This document shows, one piece after another, positions 58,743 to 64,000 of a DNA stretch of 64,000 nucleotides. Where the stretch lies: NCBI RefSeq assembly GCF_009914755.1, contig NC_060937.1; one strand, 5' to 3'. The notes under the pieces were generated by a model that searched no databases, was not told where the DNA came from, and saw nothing but the letters and a program-made list of their open reading frames with translations. The position numbers and the translations under genes are program-made. The number at the start of each line of letters is the position of its first letter. Within the stretch, counting starts at the first letter, position 1. The DNA comes from the human T2T-CHM13v2.0 reference genome, Homo sapiens.

Positions 58743-59073
58743 GGCTTGGTGCAGTGGTTCATGCCTGTAATCCCAGCACTGTGGGAGGCCGAGGTGGGTG
58801 GATCATTTGAGGTCAGGAATTTGTGACCGACTTGGACAACATGGTGAAACCCCGTCTCTACTAAAAATACAAAAATTAGCCTGGCGTGGTAGCGTGCGCC
58901 TATAATCCTAGCTACTCCGGAGGCTGAGACAGGAGAATTGTTTGAACCCAGGAGGCAGAGGTTGCAGTCAGCTGAGATCCTGCCAGGCTGGTCTGGAACT
59001 CCTGACCTCAGGTGATCCACCTGCCTCAGCCTTTCAAAATGCTGGGATTACAGGCCCGAGCCATGGCGCCCAG
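58743..59073. mobile_element. Chimeric Alu: forward Alu lacking its 3' end (58743-58979) fused to a reverse Alu 5' fragment (58983-59073)
   Basis: ..gttgcagtcagctgagatc|ct|gccaggctggtctggaactcctgacctcaggtgatcc..gcgcccagc. Confidence 0.9.
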
Positions 59074-59689
59074 CAGAAAACAATCTTATCATTAAGATAC
59101 TTCAATTTGGGATTATACAAGGATGTGCTTAAAGGATATTCAAAGTAGTATTGCTTTGGTAAAGATCTTCACTGTAAACAAGCTGAGTGCCCAAGACATG
59201 GGGTTGGGTTAATAAATTGTGATATATCCATACTGTGAAATAGTATGCATGGCCTTTTCTTCTGAATTACACCCACGTGCTTATAGTTTTCATTTACATA
59301 ATTAGGAAAAGCACGTAGAGATTCCCACGTTAAACTACTTACCTTAGGATCAACATAACAATAGCCGTGAGCCTACCTAGAAAAGTAAGGTGAGGTCAGT
59401 TTGTGAAAGACCTTGAACACCATCTGGAAGAGACTTACTTAGCATTTCTGGGGAAGAGAGGAGGACATGATACACTTACTACCATCGTCGAAATGCAGCA
59501 AAGGGAGGTATAGGTAAACATATCTTTTAACTACATCAGACTGTGTCAACAGGGCAGATGAGGAGAATGCATGTAGGGTAGACCAATGACAGTCTCTACC
59601 ACACCCAGATCTGAGGAAGAGTGTGACATTGGTCACAAGTGTGAGAAAAGTAAATCAAAATTTAGGTATACAAGTGATAATTATTTTTA

Positions 59690-60275
59690 TTAGGATCTTT
59701 TGCTGTGTAACAATTTATTCCAAATATTAGACTTAAAAGCTCCAAATATTTCTTATCTCACAGATTCTCTGGGGAAGGAATCCAACTGTGTGCTAGCCGG
59801 GCCCTCTGAATCAGGGTGTCTCACAGACTGGGATCAAGGTGGGAGTTGGCCAGGGCTGCAGTCCCATCCGCAGGCTCAGCGGGCGCAGGGTCTGACTCCA
59901 AGCTCACTCAAGTGGTTGCCATCAGGATTCAGTTCCTCACAAGCCCTTGGTCTAAGGGCCTTAGTTCCTTGCTGGCAGTTGGCTGGAGGACTCCCTCCAT
60001 TTCTTTCCATGTGATCTTTTTCATGCAGTAGCTCATGACATAGCATCTGCCCTTAATCACAGCAGGCAAGTGAGAGAGCCAGAAAGATGGCAAGATGGAA
60101 TCCTGGGTCTTTTTATAACTTCATCTCACAAGTGACATCCCATCCCTTTGGTCCTGTTCTGTTCATTAGGAGCAAGTTGCTAGATGCAGCCTGCACTCAG
60201 AGAATGAGATTGCACAGGGGTACGAATCCCAGGAAGCGGGGTCATGGGGTGCCATCTTAGAAGCTACTTACCACA
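59690..60275 (-). mobile_element. MLT1E/F-like MaLR LTR
   Basis: ttgctgtgtaacaa, ttatctcacagattct, aggattcagttcctc and ggtcatggggtgccatcttagaag..ctaccaca. Confidence 0.7.
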
Positions 60276-62045
60276 ATGTCAGTCACAAATTGTGCTGTTT
60301 CTAGGATGAGTGGTTCCATCTCCTTACAGAGTTCAGAGGGAGTTGCCCAAGAGTAAGGACAGTTTGGGCTCATCTTTCCTAATGCATTCCCTTCTGCCTG
60401 CTTGAGTTATGTAATTCTTTCGAAAACATACAGACACACACACACATAGCACACTTTCTTGTCTCAATATTGATAATTGCATTGTTTTTAACTTTTCTCT
60501 GTTACCTTCCTAACTTTAAATTATTTTTAAACCTCTATTTTTGTTTCATCAACTTTACTCTTGCCCCTCGCTATATAAAATGAAATCTTACTTACTTTCC
60601 TCCTTCTGTACCTCCTCTCCTATTAACTTTATCTTTATGTTTCCAAGGCTGTCAATGTTTTTATTATGAGTCTCATGTGCTTTCTCATGAGTTGAATCCA
60701 CACATTGATAATCAATGAATGATATTTACATGATTTTTATCGTATGTGTTCCCTGCAGAGCAAACTAGTATCTGAAAATTACATTGTCTTGTCTACAGTT
60801 TCCTATGTTCAATTTTATTGAGTTTTGTCTTCCTTAGTCAAACTACAGTAGACTTGGGGAACAAATGTATCATCTCTCTCTCTTTCTCCCCTCTCTCTCC
60901 ATACCGTGAATATCATAAAACTTTTTATTTTCTGCTAATTCGGAACACAATTTTCTACTCCAGTTTTGGGGGTTTCCTGTCATTTCTAACTGAATGAAAT
61001 TTATGCCTTTTTCACATCTTTAATGTATTCCCAAGTCTCAATCATGTTACCTACTGTAGGTCATCTTCTTCATGCTTTAAGACATCATTTTCAGAACATT
61101 AAGACCTTCTGTTCAATCTGGATCATTTTCTGTGGAAAAGCCAAAGTTGTATGTTCACCAAACTGCTTGAGTTTTTCCTTGGCACACACAAAGATTGTCT
61201 CTCCCAGATCATTTAGGCGATGTCATGTGATTAATTTTGGCCAGTGGAATGCAGTCAGATGCGACGCCCACCACTCTCACCTCTAGTCTATGAGAAATCT
61301 CCCACACACAATCTCCACTATCACCCCTTTCATAACAGTCTTGGGCTGATGATGTTGATCAACATCAACATCTGTGTAGATGATCGCGTTGATGATGGTG
61401 GCATCACAGTATAGAAGACATCTCTATATTTGAGAAACCACTTGGTGAAAAGCCACCCAGGATCATGTATTTTAGACTGTGTGGGTGAAAATGAATGTTA
61501 TGGTTTTGGGAAGTTTTTGGATTCAGCAGTTAGCGAATTCTGATTAGTTCAGAAATTCATGCTGCACATAGTGCCACAAACTCTCACATGGAGCACTGGC
61601 TCAGTGGTCAAGTGGTGAGCAGCAAGAAAATTGATATCAGACTATAAAAAAAAATAAAGGTTCATGTTATGCATGTCTGACAAAAGTGTCACCCGCAATA
61701 ACTTTGCAAACATCACTTGCTCAATGACCGGTGGATCTAGAATCCCATTGTTAGTGACTCTATTTAGCAAGTGATTGCAAGAAAAAGAAGAGCTCAGAGA
61801 GAATTGGCTGATTTGCAAGCAAAAAGGCAAGAGAAGAGGGAATCCAAAGATTCTAAGTCCTAAAGGACTGAAAATACTAACTTCGAGTGGTGAGAAATGG
61901 TATTTAAAAGGGTTTGATGGAATGGCTTAGTGAGATGTCTTGGTTGTATGGCATGATTGAGCCTTGTGGCCAAGATCAGATTAACAGTGTGGTTTTCCCA
62001 CTTAAACAGATAACTTCAGGTTAGCTGTCATTAAGAGAGGCATGT

Positions 62046-62313
62046 CCAGCACTTCGGGAGGCCGAAGTGGGTGGATCACTTGAGGTCAGGAGTTCAAGAC
62101 CAACCTTGCCAACATGGTGAAACCCCATCTCTACTAAAAATACAAAAAATTAGCTGAGTGTGATGGCACGTGCCTGTAATTCCAGCTCCTTGAGAGGCTG
62201 AGGCAGGAGAATCACTTGAACTCAGAAGGTGGAGGTTGCAGCGAGCCGAAATCACACCAGTGCACTCCAGCCTGGGCTACGGGAATGAAACTCTGTCAAA
62301 AAAAAAAAAAAAA
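62046..62313 (+). mobile_element. Alu, 5' truncated
   Basis: Forward Alu starting at ccagcactt, with poly-A. Confidence 0.93.
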
Positions 62314-62644
62314 GGAAGAAGAGAGTCATGAGGGCTAGGATGAAAAAAACTGAAGCCAACTTGAGAACTATGTCTAGGATGAAAAAATTGGGGTGTTTTT
62401 CAAAAACTTGAAGTAAAAGGGAAATTGCAAAATAAAATGTGAAGAATTTTTAGTTTGTGCAGCATTCTGAGAAGTAGCATGAAAGAGGCCTAAGGAAAAT
62501 AAGAAAGCTGGGTTAGAAACAAGACATGAGAGAGAAAGTGGGCTGAGTTTGCTGTTAGAAGGCTGGAACACAGGCGGAGAGCTAAATGGAAGCTTCTGTT
62601 GGCAGGAAAAGCCAAAGGACTTATAACAGAAAAAGTACCATTCT

Positions 62645-62959
<315 letters not shown>

Positions 62960-63552
62960 TCTATTTTAAATGTCTTGTGTTTGCTGGGTGTAATATTGGC
63001 TGTGAAGTCAAGTCCAGCTGACCTGGAATTGACTTGAGTAGTTTTACTAAAGTACTTGCAGGGCACTCACCCCTGGTCAAGGCATGAAAGATACTAACTC
63101 CTGGTGTTTCTTTTTAACAGTGGGTCTGACAATTTTGTATGAGTCTGTCAGGATTGTTTATTGATAATAGCAAGAAGAATGGTTCAAACCTTGTCTCAGT
63201 GAGACTCTCCCCAGAGTGCTCTGCCACTGGGCTTGGTTAAGAAGTAACAAGAAGATGCCTATGTGACCAGTGGGGTGTGGGAAACAGCTGAGATTACATT
63301 TTGGACTCCTGGGTTCTAAGGTGTTCCATGCACCAGCCAGTGGCTCCTGATCTGAGAGAGAAAGTGTGTCTACGCAGCCCATACAGAGGGAGCACTACCG
63401 GAGTCTGAGGCAGCCCCTGGCCATGAAGTGCAACCTTACTTTAATGCAGTTGCTATAGTGTATTCCTTTCCTGCAATAAACTAAATTTGTGGCCATTGTC
63501 ATTTTGAGTCCTGTGTCTCTTGGGCAATTGAACTCTAATTGCTGCCTTTAGT

Positions 63553-63666
63553 GAAGATGGCCAACTCATCCCAGTTTGTCCACTACCTTCCTGATTTTAG
63601 CACTGAAAGTCCCGCATCTCAAGAATACCATCAGTTCTAGGCAAACTGGGACAAGTGGTCATCCTA
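63553..63666 (-). mobile_element. MER81-like (hAT-Blackjack) element
   Basis: Inverted ends gatggccaactcatcccagtttg / caaactgggacaagtggtcatccta; core gattttagcactgaaagtccc. Confidence 0.7.
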
Positions 63667-63793
63667 CTGTTAGTGCAAATATAATTCCCCTTCATCTTAC
63701 TTCCCCATTACTTTCAAATATTCGGTAGAAGTCTACTACTATTAATATAATGGTTTTGTGTTGGTGGTGTTTAAGGAAATCTAAGACAAAAAG

Positions 63794-64000
63794 GGCCAGG
63801 CACAGTGACTCTGGCCTGTGATTCCAACACTTTGGGAGGCTGAGGTGTGAGGATCGATTGAGACCAGGGGTTCCAGACCAGCCTGGGCAACATAACAAGA
63901 CCCTATCTCTACAAAAAAAATACAAAAATTAGCCGGGTGTGGTGGCACGCATTTGTAGTGCCAGCTACTCAGGAGGCTGAGGTGGGAGGATCGATCACTT
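63794..64000 (+). mobile_element. Alu (AluJ-like), cut by the window end
   Basis: Forward Alu body. Confidence 0.92.

Overview
This is human-type (primate) genomic DNA, recognisable as the SHISA2 locus. Its only supportable protein-coding gene is SHISA2 on the minus strand: two coding exons (30869-30536 and 26948-26395) give 888 nt, or 295 aa plus stop, across a canonical phase-1 GT-AG intron. It has a CpG-island promoter with a TATA-like box, an NRF1-type palindrome and a GC box, a 5'UTR of up to about 1 kb, and a 1.9 kb 3'UTR containing an antisense Alu. Bases 1 to about 5720 are repeat-poor and end at an AATAAA; from remembered synteny this is probably the long 3'UTR of the convergent neighbour ATP8A2, although no ATP8A2 coding sequence is visible. 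The rest is intergenic and dense in Alu, L1, LTR (LTR12, MLT1, LTR33) and MER DNA-transposon remnants. Repeat families were assigned by eye and their boundaries are approximate. I found no convincing new multi-gene system. The most interesting observations are: (1) a perfect 10-bp C(UUCG)G hairpin that buries an upstream AUG in the SHISA2 5' leader, one of three uORFs; (2) an Alu flanked by a roughly 120-bp duplication that ends in an 18-bp palindrome, hit a second time by an AluY; (3) a gap-free 113-bp direct repeat in the putative ATP8A2 3'UTR; and (4) a fold-back Alu chimera that looks like an inverted-Alu deletion scar.
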